From a virus (Duplodnaviria; Caudoviricetes): DNA of 35,128 bases. The stretch spans positions 1-35,128 of the IMG/VR virus record IMGVR_UViG_3300025390_000022. One strand, written 5' to 3'. The position numbers were made by a program, and so were the translations under genes. The notes beneath the pieces are model-generated. The model did no database searches. It saw only the letters and a list, made by a program, of their open reading frames with translations, and was not told where the DNA came from. The stretch's first letter is position 1. Each line of letters opens with the position of its first letter. This document shows positions 34,502-35,128 of the stretch, piece after piece.

Positions 34502-34740
34502 CTGCAGATCTCTCACAGTTGTCCATTAGGCAACTGCAACTACAAGCAGCTCGTGTATTGGCCGCTGGTCAAGGCTGGGGCAATCATGATCTGGTGAAAT
34601 TCAATAAATGTGCCACCCATGACAGCCATGCTTGGTACAGAGCTGTGATCACATGGTATATAGCAACCCATGGTGATTTGCCCAGCCGTGTGGGTCCTGG
34701 TGCTGCTGTGAAACTGCTGTTGGATGATGATGATGTATAA
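34498..34740 (+). CDS. Hypothetical protein, 80 aa
   Basis: GTGA overlap with the upstream stop and overlap with the downstream start; no motif recognised. Confidence 0.6.
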   Translation: MTADLSQLSIRQLQLQAARVLAAGQGWGNHDLVKFNKCATHDSHAWYRAVITWYIATHGDLPSRVGPGAAVKLLLDDDDV

Positions 34741-35128
34741 TTATTCAGACATACGCACTGTGCATCTTGAACTGACCAGCAAATGCAATGTCAGTTGTCC
34801 CATGTGTGGACGTAACAAATTTGGAGGGCCGGACAATGAGTTTCTACCTCAGACAGAGCTGAGTCTGGCCGACATCCAACGCATCATGCCTGTGGAATTT
34901 GTCAAGCAGCTGCACAGACTGTTTATGTGCGGGAACTATGGCGATCCCATTGTGGCCAAAGACACTTTGGAAATATTTCAGTGGTTGCGCAGTGTCAATC
35001 CACGCATGAAACTGGGACTGCATACCAACGGGGCTGCCAAATCGCCATCTTGGTGGTCCAAGTTGGGACGCACGCTTGGCCAACAGGGAGACTATGTGAG
35101 ATTTGGCATCGACGGTCTGGCAGACACC
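34733..35128 (+). CDS. Radical SAM enzyme, truncated by the right edge
   Basis: Not in the ORF track; hand translation MYNYSDIRTVHLELTSKCNVSCPMCGRN...FMCGNYGDP...LHTNG...VRFGIDGLADT; CxxxCxxC at 34784-34807. Four tandem in-frame ATGs (34724-34735) make the exact start uncertain. Confidence 0.92.
   Translation, partial: MYNYSDIRTVHLELTSKCNVSCPMCGRNKFGGPDNEFLPQTELSLADIQRIMPVEFVKQLHRLFMCGNYGDPIVAKDTLEIFQWLRSVNPRMKLGLHTNGAAKSPSWWSKLGRTLGQQGDYVRFGIDGLADT

Noticed and set aside
638-35128. Stop-codon reassignment
   Set aside because: Standard code gives dense, long ORFs; TAA, TAG and TGA all end genes at sensible positions.

Overview
Fragment of a large tailed myovirus genome (T4-superfamily/jumbo-phage-like, about 50% GC by eye). 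Minus strand, left end: a T4 gp55-like late sigma factor interrupted by a 333-aa LAGLIDADG-type intein, followed by a truncated zinc-finger/23-aa-repeat putative homing endonuclease that the ORF track missed. Plus strand 2634-27167: a contractile-tail baseplate module (tube/gp48-54-like, gp53-like, hub, gp5-like spike with an inserted SGNH-like domain and a C-terminal GH24 lysozyme, gp25, gp6, a 3691-aa wedge-like giant protein, and small structural and fibre proteins), punctuated by TAAATA late-promoter motifs. From 27227 to the right edge: a tightly coupled operon behind a sigma70-like promoter, with six glycosyltransferase-like genes from two paralogous families, a SAM methyltransferase and a radical SAM enzyme, a candidate phage-encoded glycan/virion modification system. 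No rRNA, tRNA or CRISPR array was seen. All product calls come from motif recognition by eye, not database searches.
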